Assembly (NCBI GenBank): GCA_040954595.2
Contig: CM082578.2
Location: 8,789,519-8,853,518, forward strand
Direction of reading: 5' to 3'
DNA: 64,000 bases
Origin: Balanoglossus misakiensis
Taxonomy: Eukaryota; Animalia; Hemichordata
Part shown: piece after piece, positions 58,401 through 64,000 of the stretch
Layout: the number at the start of each line of letters is the position of its first letter
How positions within the stretch are numbered: the first letter of the stretch is position 1
The notes under the pieces: model-generated
The model's input: only the letters and a program-made list of their open reading frames with translations
What the model was told of the DNA's origin: nothing
Databases searched by the model: none
Translations under genes and position numbers: made by a program

Positions 58401-61400
58401 GTGACACTGGACTCCACAGGGATAGACACCTCTTTCTCTAAGATGGTCACGCTTGACTCTTCAGGTAATGTGACTTCCTCCTCTACAACTGTGACACTGG
58501 ACTCCACTGGGATAGACACCTCTTTCTCCAAGATGGTCACGCTTGACTCTTCAGGTAATGTGACCTCCTCCTCTATAACTGTGACACTGGACTCCACAGG
58601 GATAGACACATCTTTCTCCAAGATGGTCACGCTTGACTCTTCAGGTAATGTGACCTCCTCCTCTATCACTGTGACACTGGACTCCACAGGGATAGACACA
58701 TCTTTCTCTAAGATGGTCACGCTTGACTCTTCAGGTAATGTGACCTCCTCCTCTATAACTGTGACACTGGACTCCACAGGGATAGACACCTCTTTCTCCA
58801 AGATGGTCACGCTTGACTCTTCAGGTAATGTGACCTCCTCCTCTATCACTGTGACACTGGACTCCACAGGGATAGACACCTCTTTCTCCAAGATGGTCAC
58901 GCTTGACTCTTCAGGTAATGTGACCTCCTCCTCTATAACTGTGACACTGGACTCCACAGGGATAGACACCTCTTTCTCTAAGATGGTCACGCTTGGCTCT
59001 TCAGGTAGTGTGACTTCCTCCTCTATAACTGTGACACTGGACTCCACAGGGATAGACACCTCTTTCTCTAAGATGGTCACGCTTGACTCTTCAGGTAATG
59101 TGACCTCCTCCTCTATAACTGTGACACTGGACTCCACAGGAATGGAGACCTCCTTTTCCAAGATGGTCACAATTGACTCTTCAGGTAATGTGATCTCCTC
59201 CTCTACAACTGTGACACTGGACTCCACAGGGATAGAGACCTCTTTCTCCAAGATGGTCACGCTTGACTCTTCAGGTAATGTGACTTCCTTCTCAATAACT
59301 GTGACACTGGACTCCACAGGGATAGACACCTCTTTCTCTGACACAGCGTAATTGGTCTGTTCTGGCAATGTCACTTCATTCTCCGTGACAGCGACAGTTG
59401 AACTGCCATGCTGACTGACACTGCGTTTGACCGAGGTAAAAGTTGATGACTGTGATGTTGAGAAGCTGCTCCTTGTGCTTGAGAAGACGGACCCTCCTTC
59501 AATGGTGGAATTCTTGGTGGTATCTTTCTCTGAGGCAGTGATACTCGACAGTTCAGGCAGTGTGACTTCCTTCTCGGTGAGAGTGACAGAGGACCGGCCA
59601 GGTAATGTGACGTCTTTTTCTATGATAGTGACATTTGATTCTCCTTGCTGAGTGCCATCTCGCCTCTCTGAATAGAAACTGCTTGACTTTGTTGTAGTTG
59701 TTGATGTTGTTGAGATACTTTCCCTCATTCTAGTGGAGACCGACCCCCCTTCCAGTGTAACATCCTTGGTGCTAAAACTAGACTGGGATATTGATGGAAG
59801 CATGGTCGTCGTAGTTTCGCCCTTTTCTATAATGGTGATGGTTCTCTTCCCTGGTTCCCTGACCTCCTTCTCAAGAACAGTCGTCATGGACTTTTCTGGC
59901 GCCTTCATCCCATCCTTCTCGACGATCGTAACAGAGGAATATGCGGCTATAGTAACAACATTGGAGGAGGCATGTTTATGGTGGAACACACTTGACTATT
60001 GTGTGAAAAAACAAAATACTGCATGTGCCTATCCTGATCTGGATTTGAAGTGTCATGGTTCAATCACCAGCACTTTCACAAAGGTTAAGAATTGATGATA
60101 AATGGGGAACAGTTTTCACTGTGTGTGCACTGAGTAGATTAGCAATTAGGACAATACATCTCAATGATGTTCTGCTGTAGTCAACAAAATATACCTAGTA
60201 TGTTTAGTCTAGAAGGTTGTGGGCAAGTCAATTTTCGTACCCGGTTGAGCCGTTCACCTTCACCAGACAGTATAACTGTTTACCTTGCCGAGATCTGATC
60301 TTCTTTTCACTTTGCACCCTTCGCACTTCTGTGCTGGTAGTCTCGTTTTGCATGAACATGCGACTGCGCTGTTCAATGAACGATGAAGTCTGACGGCGCG
60401 CTGACACACAAGGTTGAAATGAGAAGAAAATCAGGTCGTGATGTCATCGTTGAACGGACTGAACTGGACGACTACTGGTACTGAACATATCCCTCTCTCC
60501 AACCGAACGTGCAACTGACCGCTGTTAGATTGTGGTGCTTCAGTTGTGTTCAACGAAATAATTCTGGGTGAAGTGCAACACCTGTCCGCGGGTGTAATCA
60601 GTGGATGTTTCCAGGTGCAACCCTCCACGTTCCCAGGTGCACCCTGTGTGTACTGGTATGTCAGGGTGCAATCTGGATATGTCACATATCAGAGGCACTG
60701 CCTGTACACATCACTTGTGCACCCGATCTGTCTGTAACAGTGTCAACATCTGCTCTCACTGACATGAATATAGTTGTTGGTATGGTGGGGTTAGTATCTC
60801 TTTGCTGACAAAACGCAGCCCTGTACACCAAAAGTCAGAGTGCCTCCCGATGGTCCCCACTGTGAATTTTGTTTTATTTCGTTTACCTGGTGGGAATGCC
60901 ATCTTGCTGTTTCTAACCTGCTCTGTCGCAGATGAGCTGAAAACCAGCCCATTTCCTGAATTGGATTCAGACAACATTTATGATGAAAGGCAGCGTTAAT
61001 TCCTTGACAAATCAAAAACTCACCAGCCAAAGTTAATGGCAACATAACTTTACATAAGAAATATATATCTGTTATCACAACCACTGAAAAAAATCTTCAT
61101 CTGTAACCTATAAATGGTGTGTGACAAGATGTTCAGGTCTGACGATAACCTATTATCATCAAAACAAATACACAAATATGCCATTTGGGACTGGACCCTT
61201 AAGAATACATTATAATCTTTTATCACTAACTTAACTGCCCATGCACTGCTGGGCATTTTATAAGACAGTGAATTTGGCTATTCCCCCTTCACCACTACCA
61301 ATTCAGTCCACCTCTTACTGTTGATAGTGTGACCTGACCCTGAAATGGCTATCAAATCAAGCGCTGCTCGCTGCTGTAGAATATCTCCGCTTGAATCTCG

Positions 61401-63896
61401 TGATCACAAGCACTGAAGAAAGCGACGGAAACGCCTACAAAGCACTTCCAATACTAAAGCTGCTTTCGCCGTTTCTGAAAACAAAAAACGCGCGTGATTA
61501 ATTCTGCCAACCATCTGGTCGTCTGTCCACCCGCTAACCTTACCTGGTGAGATCTTCACTCTGAATACACTTCCGGGGATGTTGTCGCCAGCGAAGGTGA
61601 CCGAGATCTGATGCTCTCCTGACACGGTGGGCGTGTACTGGCAGAGGTAGACGCCCTGTCCCTTGTCTATGGTTTTGGGGTTGGCACTCTGTGTGTTGCC
61701 GTTGCAGTCCGTGATCAGTACACTCACAACACCAGCTCCAGCACCTATCATAGAGAACGAAACTTGTTTCAGTTTCAAAATATATTAATTTAAGCAAAAT
61801 TTCCACACAGCAATTTCTGCATTTTTGTTCTGCACTGCTGCATTCAAACCAGCATGCTAGCAATGGTCCAGGTTTCTTTTCTGTTCAATAGCTGCTATCA
61901 AAACTTGCCCACATTACATGTATTGTTGATGAGCATCAATGCTTTATTTTGTCCTGACTGTAGCATAGGTCATTCCAGGTAGAACACAGCCCTGATGAAA
62001 GTCAGAGATTTTTCAACTTTTAAACTGACGACGGACTCCACTTGAAAATCTTCTCACCTGCAGTGAAGACTTCAAAGTGAGTTTGTTGGCCAACAATGAG
62101 TCCTGTTGGCTGCAGACCAGGGCCCTTTGCTGAGCACTTCTTGGCATCTCCGGGAACATCAGTCACACTTACTGTGAAGGGGCTCTTAGGGATGTGATTC
62201 TTGGAGTACAAGACAATCACCTGAGAGCAAAACACAATGTATTTACTTCTGATTACCTGCTCGTTATTCTCTTCTTTGTCACTTTGAGTGTTGGAACAAA
62301 CTGGGTGAGATTTGATTCTGGAATAAAAGTTCTAAATACACCAGAAAGCTCCCTGTCTGTATGTCTGTCTGTCTGTACTAAGACACATAGTAGCCTTCTG
62401 TTTATGCATCAGGTTGCTGCAAAACACACGGAAATCTACCAGTCGACCTATTAAGTGATGTCTGCTTGGGTAACGGTTACAAACCTGTTACCAAACAATA
62501 GGCTGTCGGTACAAGAAACTGATGCCCATAATTTGACACAAATTTGATGAATCATGGCATGGGGCGAGTTGTGTTGTATAATATTACCTACTTTTCTGTG
62601 TTGGTATAATCTATATTTATATGGGAGGGGCTGTATGATATCTGTCATGGGAGTGGCATACAATGATTTTAACCATTTCACATGACCCCCCCCCCCCCCC
62701 ATATCATACGGGCCAAAACACATCACTGAAAAACAACAAACCAAAATTAATTGTGGCAGAACGAGGTTTCAGCTCAACTCACTTTGTAAGTTCCAGCAAG
62801 CTTCGGGGTATAGACAACGGTGTACGTCTTGTTCTTGTCCTTGTTGAAAGTGACCTGGCAGTCTTCGCGTTCTCCTTTGGGGTTCTCAATGGTGACGTCG
62901 ACTTTTCCACTGCCGGCGCTGAAAGTCTCAATGGTGAAGCGGGTTGGTTTGGAGACTGCGTTTCCTTCTGGTTCAATACCGGGACCATAAGCACGAACCT
63001 GCCGACCGGAAAACAAACACCAAGGGGTAAAATCGTATATAACGGAGAGGCTTAAAAATCTAACACACTGAAAATTCAGTTCTTTTATAATAAGCGTTGT
63101 GCTGGAGCATCGATTCATAGACAGAAAATATTTAAGGCTACATATATTCCACACAGACTACTCTCATCATTGGAACCTTCTGTATTTATAACAGAAATTA
63201 AAAGACCCTTTCATAAGTGAATTTTAATAATAAAACCAACTATGAAATCAAATCTCAAATCTATGATATCAACAACGCTTCACGCATCCGCATCTCTACA
63301 AGTTGTGTAAACAGCGCCCCCTTGAGATCAAACCAACATTTTCTTGTGGAGAGTTTCAAGTTCCTGAACCAACTATTTTCCTGAGAGCTCAACAGTGCAC
63401 GTTTCTGTTTCTTTATTTATATTTTTAACCTTGGAGACATTCCTGAGCTTTCCCATTGCATCTGCGGCACTACACACATCCACTATGAGTTAACCCCGCC
63501 TATCCTTCACACACGACTATGGCAAACATTTCAGAAACACTCCTTCAGTCTTGTCAACAGGCAAAAGAGACACTGTTTTCAAGATTGACACTAATTCCTG
63601 TTCAAACACGTTTGAAAATCACTTGAAAGAGAAATTCACACTTTACCATTTGCAGCAAAGGCGTAAACTGTTTCATACTGTTTTGGGAAATGAGATAATT
63701 TGAGTTTTAACGACGTGTGCCTCTGGTTGTCAACACCAGCTCAGGAAAAAACTGGACCGATCCCTACCTTCTTTGCGTTGGAGCGGGGTCTGAGGGGTGC
63801 GTTGGGCTTCAGTTTGGCACTTGGGAATTTGGACAGGTAGGTCATCATACTGAGGTCGTCTACTTTGGGGTTGACCATGTCTTCGGGTCTCAACAC
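65..63896 (-). CDS. FLN: Filamin (actin cross-linker), multi-exon gene, 5'-truncated by the window: end of CH2 plus 23 filamin Ig repeats
   Basis: 32 GT-AG exons join in frame (6,816 nt, divisible by 3, ends TAA at 65-67). The peptide is colinear with human FLNA from [10 protein letters not shown] (CH2) to [12 protein letters not shown] (Ig24). Confidence 0.98.
690..893 (-). CDS. FLN: Filamin exon, hinge 2 plus Ig24 N-part
   Basis: 204 nt, phase 1-1, donor G|GTAAGT; [13 protein letters not shown]...[16 protein letters not shown]. Confidence 0.95.
1277..1495 (-). CDS. FLN: Filamin exon, Ig23
   Basis: 219 nt; [30 protein letters not shown]...YTPMAPGDY...GSPFKVKVT. Confidence 0.95.
1543..1636. 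mobile_element. Small piggyBac-like MITE (86 bp between two TTAA)
   Basis: TTAA-CCCTTTTCACC ... GGTGATAGGG-TTAA: imperfect terminal inverted repeats with CCC/GGG ends and a TTAA duplication. Related fragments occur at 2712-2784 and 7036-7074. Confidence 0.6.
1885..2055 (-). CDS. FLN: Filamin exon, Ig22/Ig23
   Basis: 171 nt; [15 protein letters not shown]...[18 protein letters not shown]. Confidence 0.95.
2317..2565 (-). CDS. FLN: Filamin exon, Ig21/Ig22
   Basis: 249 nt; [18 protein letters not shown]...[31 protein letters not shown]. Confidence 0.95.
2712..2784. repeat. Degenerate copy of the 1543-1636 element
   Basis: Shares atggttca...aagttggac...ggggtgaaagtgtt with the MITE. Confidence 0.35.
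2927..3166 (-). CDS. FLN: Filamin exon, Ig20 end plus Ig21
   Basis: 240 nt; [28 protein letters not shown]...WTREAG, near-identical to FLNA. Confidence 0.97.
3539..3703 (-). CDS. FLN: Filamin exon, Ig20
   Basis: 165 nt; [22 protein letters not shown]...[13 protein letters not shown]. Confidence 0.95.
4081..4209 (-). CDS. FLN: Filamin exon, Ig19 end plus Ig20 strand A
   Basis: 129 nt; [43 protein letters not shown]. Confidence 0.95.
4590..4742 (-). CDS. FLN: Filamin exon, Ig19
   Basis: 153 nt; [39 protein letters not shown]. Confidence 0.95.
5081..5284 (-). CDS. FLN: Filamin exon, Ig18/Ig19
   Basis: 204 nt; [18 protein letters not shown]...[12 protein letters not shown]. Confidence 0.95.
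5831..5986 (-). CDS. FLN: Filamin exon, Ig18
   Basis: 156 nt; [29 protein letters not shown]...[11 protein letters not shown]. Confidence 0.95.
6187..6360 (-). CDS. FLN: Filamin exon, Ig17
   Basis: 174 nt; [29 protein letters not shown]...GSPFNAKIT. Confidence 0.95.
6680..6808 (-). CDS. FLN: Filamin exon, Ig16/Ig17
   Basis: 129 nt; GSPFEFHV...[28 protein letters not shown]. Confidence 0.95.
7036..7074. repeat. Right-end fragment of the 1543-1636 element
   Basis: gttggacctcaatagagggaactgggggtgaaagggtt vs gttggacctccagagagggaactgggggtgatagggtt. Confidence 0.6.
7111..7251 (-). CDS. FLN: Filamin exon, Ig16
   Basis: 141 nt, not shown in this frame by the ORF track; [47 protein letters not shown]. 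Confidence 0.93.
8875..8980 (-). CDS. FLN: Filamin exon, short hinge 1 plus Ig16 start
   Basis: 106 nt, tgtag|GCT ... G|GTGAGT, phase 0-1; [35 protein letters not shown] matches [19 protein letters not shown]. Confidence 0.93.
14538..14547. promoter_or_regulatory. Perfect CArG box (candidate SRF site)
   Basis: CCATATAAGG fits CC(A/T)6GG and lies in a CpG-richer patch of the long intron; chance hits are expected. Confidence 0.3.
15799..15852 (-). CDS. FLN: Candidate alternative first coding exon of a short filamin isoform
   Basis: aaaaaaATG CCT...GTA CAG|GTAAGT; [18 protein letters not shown], phase 0, in frame with exon 8875-8980. Confidence 0.5.
29588..29620 (-). CDS. FLN: Candidate 33-nt hinge-1 microexon (or 3' end of a non-coding first exon)
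   Basis: ctcag|AAA AAA AGG ... CCC CAG|GTAAGT; [11 protein letters not shown], phase 0-0; weak pyrimidine tract. Confidence 0.35.
31424..31464. repeat. (AC)n microsatellite, about 20 units
   Basis: Read directly; about 40 nt downstream of the Ig15 exon donor (UG repeat in the pre-mRNA). Confidence 0.95.
31505..31755 (-). CDS. FLN: Filamin exon, Ig15
   Basis: 251 nt, phase 1-0; [37 protein letters not shown]...GGPFKVV. Confidence 0.95.
33807..33923 (-). CDS. FLN: Candidate cassette exon inside Ig15 (S/T-rich, RRMS motif)
   Basis: 117 nt, ttcacag|...A|GTAAGG, phase 1-1, stop-free; [39 protein letters not shown]. Confidence 0.75.
36037..36226 (-). CDS. FLN: Filamin exon, Ig14/Ig15 start
   Basis: 190 nt, phase 0-1; [25 protein letters not shown]...[11 protein letters not shown]. 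Confidence 0.95.
36410..36566 (-). CDS. FLN: Filamin exon, Ig13 end plus Ig14
   Basis: 157 nt, phase 2-0; [35 protein letters not shown]. Confidence 0.95.
36757..36880 (-). CDS. FLN: Filamin exon, Ig13
   Basis: 124 nt, phase 1-2; [26 protein letters not shown]...IPQ. Confidence 0.93.
37309..37479 (-). CDS. FLN: Filamin exon, Ig12 end plus Ig13
   Basis: 171 nt; [49 protein letters not shown]. Confidence 0.95.
37759..38082 (-). CDS. FLN: Filamin exon, Ig11 end plus Ig12
   Basis: 324 nt; GPHKVDVKV...[49 protein letters not shown]. Confidence 0.95.
38118..38292. mobile_element. hAT-like MITE, about 175 bp
   Basis: Terminal inverted repeats tagtgtttttgttaagg ... ccttagcaaaaacactg; flanks gtgttttc / atgttttg (6 of 8 match); internal duplicated actggggttccc-agtcattt. 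Confidence 0.55.
38482..38655 (-). CDS. FLN: Filamin exon, Ig11
   Basis: 174 nt; [16 protein letters not shown]...[14 protein letters not shown]. Confidence 0.95.
40304..41170 (-). CDS. FLN: Filamin exon, Ig8-Ig10 plus Ig11 start
   Basis: 867 nt, phase 1-1; [12 protein letters not shown]...[12 protein letters not shown]...[12 protein letters not shown]...VFGPGIEPK. Confidence 0.96.
41798..42040 (-). CDS. FLN: Filamin exon, Ig6 C-part joined directly to an Ig8-like start
   Basis: 243 nt; [13 protein letters not shown]...[23 protein letters not shown]. Confidence 0.95.
42176..42554 (-). CDS. FLN: Filamin exon, Ig5 plus Ig6 start
   Basis: 379 nt, phase 0-1; [10 protein letters not shown]...[10 protein letters not shown]...[11 protein letters not shown]. 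Confidence 0.96.
42726..42919 (-). CDS. FLN: Filamin exon, Ig4
   Basis: 194 nt, phase 1-0; [38 protein letters not shown]...FDPSK. Confidence 0.96.
43220..43486 (-). CDS. FLN: Filamin exon, Ig3/Ig4
   Basis: 267 nt; [29 protein letters not shown]...[14 protein letters not shown]. Confidence 0.95.
44701..44838 (-). CDS. FLN: Filamin exon, Ig3 start
   Basis: 138 nt, phase 1-1; [35 protein letters not shown] (FLNA GRGLQPKGVRVKE). Confidence 0.95.
45396..45470 (-). CDS. FLN: Insert cassette exon 28 (75 nt)
   Basis: ttgcag|...G|GTAAAA, phase 1-1; [25 protein letters not shown]. Confidence 0.55.
45799..45861 (-). CDS. FLN: Insert cassette exon 27 (63 nt)
   Basis: accag|...CAG|GTAAC, phase 1-1; [21 protein letters not shown]. 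Confidence 0.65.
46447..46515 (-). CDS. FLN: Insert cassette exon 26 (69 nt)
   Basis: ttccag|...CAG|GTAATT; [23 protein letters not shown]. Confidence 0.7.
46734..46802 (-). CDS. FLN: Insert cassette exon 25 (69 nt)
   Basis: caccag|...AAG|GTAAAT; [23 protein letters not shown]. Confidence 0.7.
47057..47125 (-). CDS. FLN: Insert cassette exon 24 (69 nt)
   Basis: aaacag|...CAG|GTAAAA; [23 protein letters not shown]. Confidence 0.7.
47418..47549 (-). CDS. FLN: Insert cassette exon 23, diverged type B (132 nt)
   Basis: Phase 1-1; [22 protein letters not shown]...[13 protein letters not shown]. Confidence 0.75.
47929..48114 (-). CDS. FLN: Insert cassette exon 22, type A variant (186 nt)
   Basis: Phase 1-1; [39 protein letters not shown]...VLSSG. 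Confidence 0.75.
48562..48708 (-). CDS. FLN: Insert cassette exon 21, type B (147 nt)
   Basis: [21 protein letters not shown]...[13 protein letters not shown]; CAG|GTAAAC. Confidence 0.8.
48881..49084 (-). CDS. FLN: Insert cassette exon 20, type A (204 nt)
   Basis: [17 protein letters not shown]...SNTKIMSRT; CAG|GTACAT. Confidence 0.8.
49306..49455 (-). CDS. FLN: Insert cassette exon 19, type B (150 nt)
   Basis: [21 protein letters not shown]...[13 protein letters not shown]. Confidence 0.8.
49622..49825 (-). CDS. FLN: Insert cassette exon 18, type A (204 nt)
   Basis: [17 protein letters not shown]...SNTKITSRT. Confidence 0.8.
50296..50442 (-). CDS. FLN: Insert cassette exon 17, type B (147 nt)
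   Basis: [15 protein letters not shown]...[13 protein letters not shown]. Confidence 0.8.
50639..50842 (-). CDS. FLN: Insert cassette exon 16, type A (204 nt)
   Basis: [17 protein letters not shown]...STTKITSRT. Confidence 0.8.
51326..51475 (-). CDS. FLN: Insert cassette exon 15, type B (150 nt)
   Basis: [21 protein letters not shown]...[13 protein letters not shown] (translated by hand). Confidence 0.8.
51671..51874 (-). CDS. FLN: Insert cassette exon 14, type A (204 nt)
   Basis: [17 protein letters not shown]...SNTKITSRT; CAG|GTAAAC. Confidence 0.8.
52325..52471 (-). CDS. FLN: Insert cassette exon 13, type B (147 nt)
   Basis: [15 protein letters not shown]...[13 protein letters not shown]. 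Confidence 0.8.
52619..52822 (-). CDS. FLN: Insert cassette exon 12, type A (204 nt)
   Basis: [17 protein letters not shown]...SNTKITSRT. Confidence 0.8.
53288..53443 (-). CDS. FLN: Insert cassette exon 11, type B (156 nt)
   Basis: [52 protein letters not shown] (translated by hand). Confidence 0.8.
53625..53828 (-). CDS. FLN: Insert cassette exon 10, type A (204 nt)
   Basis: [17 protein letters not shown]...NDTKITSRT; CAG|GTAACC. Confidence 0.8.
54302..54454 (-). CDS. FLN: Insert cassette exon 9, type B (153 nt)
   Basis: [15 protein letters not shown]...[13 protein letters not shown]. Confidence 0.8.
54711..54914 (-). CDS. FLN: Insert cassette exon 8, B/A hybrid (204 nt)
   Basis: ctctcag|...CAG|GTAACT; [19 protein letters not shown]...[11 protein letters not shown]...SSTKFAFGT. 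Confidence 0.75.
55295..55384 (-). CDS. FLN: Insert cassette exon 7 (90 nt)
   Basis: tgaaag|...GAG|GTACAA; [30 protein letters not shown]; weaker splice sites. Confidence 0.5.
55784..55930 (-). CDS. FLN: Insert cassette exon 6, diverged type B (147 nt)
   Basis: aaccag|...CAG|GTATTA; [11 protein letters not shown]...[13 protein letters not shown]. Confidence 0.75.
56260..56367 (-). CDS. FLN: Insert cassette exon 5, diverged type A (108 nt)
   Basis: tgttag|...CAG|GTACTG; [36 protein letters not shown]. Confidence 0.7.
56596..56751 (-). CDS. FLN: Insert cassette exon 4 (156 nt; an alternative acceptor would start it at 56733)
   Basis: Strong pyrimidine tract, aag|...CAG|GTAAAA; [11 protein letters not shown]...[14 protein letters not shown]. 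Confidence 0.7.
56977..59946 (-). CDS. FLN: Insert giant exon 3 (2,970 nt, 990 aa): S/T-rich lead-in plus 26 x 30-aa E/V/S/T-rich repeats
   Basis: Inside the 1010-aa ORF; phase-1 acceptor actatag|CC GCA and donor GCA G|GTAGGA; acceptor chosen by phase compatibility. Confidence 0.8.
57021..59339. repeat. Coding minisatellite, 26 copies of a 90-bp unit (two related 45-bp halves)
   Basis: actccac(a/t)gg recurs every 90 nt from 57061 to 59311 with no indels; unit [30 protein letters not shown]. Confidence 0.98.
60284..60400 (-). CDS. FLN: Insert cassette exon 2 (117 nt)
   Basis: tgtcag|...AAG|GTAAAC; [39 protein letters not shown]. Confidence 0.7.
60887..60955 (-). CDS. FLN: Insert cassette exon 1 (69 nt)
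   Basis: attcag|...CAG|GTAAAC; [23 protein letters not shown]; FPP ending shared with other cassettes. Confidence 0.55.
61544..61744 (-). CDS. FLN: Filamin exon, Ig2 C-part
   Basis: 201 nt, phase 1-1; [13 protein letters not shown]...[31 protein letters not shown]. Confidence 0.95.
62058..62220 (-). CDS. FLN: Filamin exon, Ig1 end plus Ig2 start
   Basis: 163 nt, phase 0-1; [17 protein letters not shown]...[17 protein letters not shown]...FEVFTA. Confidence 0.95.
62783..62998 (-). CDS. FLN: Filamin exon, Ig1
   Basis: 216 nt, phase 0-0; [29 protein letters not shown]...AGTYK. Confidence 0.96.
63768..63896 (-). CDS. FLN: Filamin exon, end of CH2 (actin-binding domain) plus linker
   Basis: 129 nt, phase 0-0; [43 protein letters not shown]. 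Confidence 0.96.
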
Positions 63897-64000
63897 CTGC
63901 AAATTGAAGAAGAAGATGAAGAAATGGTGGTAAAATGTCAAGTACAAACATAAAGAACAACGTTTGGGCAACACTGGCTGTAAAAGTAGACATCTTCTAG

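Noticed and set aside
57021-59339. CRISPR-like regular repeat
   Set aside because: Head-to-tail tandem repeat with no unique spacers, in a spliceosomal gene with no cas genes.
56952-59351. 799-aa plus-strand ORF ([13 protein letters not shown] repeats)
   Set aside because: Antisense shadow of the 90-bp repeat: a stop-free unit stays open on both strands. The minus frame extends into unique sequence and has compatible splice sites.
60431-60760. 84-aa ORF between cassettes 1 and 2
   Set aside because: No phase 1-1 acceptor/donor pair found, and its composition is unlike the other cassettes.
45396-60955. Calling the insert a separate titin gene or titin fragment
   Set aside because: No I-set Ig, Fn3 or kinase domains, no PPAK motifs and low Pro/Lys. 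The likeness to PEVK is architectural only, and no start or stop exon was found.

Overview
This is eukaryotic (invertebrate-like metazoan) genomic DNA. The whole window lies inside one minus-strand, intron-rich filamin gene (co-ortholog of vertebrate FLNA/B/C and fly cheerio). I traced 32 phase-consistent core exons (6,816 nt, 2,271 aa plus stop), from the end of CH2 (63896) to the stop after the dimerising last Ig repeat (65). The 5' exons lie beyond the window. The protein has 23 Ig repeats: the human Ig7 equivalent is missing. The main unusual feature is the 16.7-kb interval between Ig2 and Ig3 (44839-61543). It holds 28 candidate exons, all AG/GT-flanked, phase 1-1, multiples of 3 and stop-free, together about 2,266 aa of E/V/T/S/P-rich non-Ig sequence. 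They include a 2,970-nt exon with 26 x 90-bp repeats and about 7 tandem copies of a ~1-kb two-exon unit. This resembles a titin-PEVK-like, splice-tunable insert. Many units carry strands like known filamin-binding motifs (migfilin, integrin beta7). Also seen: a S/T-rich cassette in Ig15, a 22.5-kb hinge-1 intron with candidate alternative first/micro exons, and small MITE-like elements. Splice calls were read by eye and have no transcript support. Ig numbering follows human FLNA recalled from memory.
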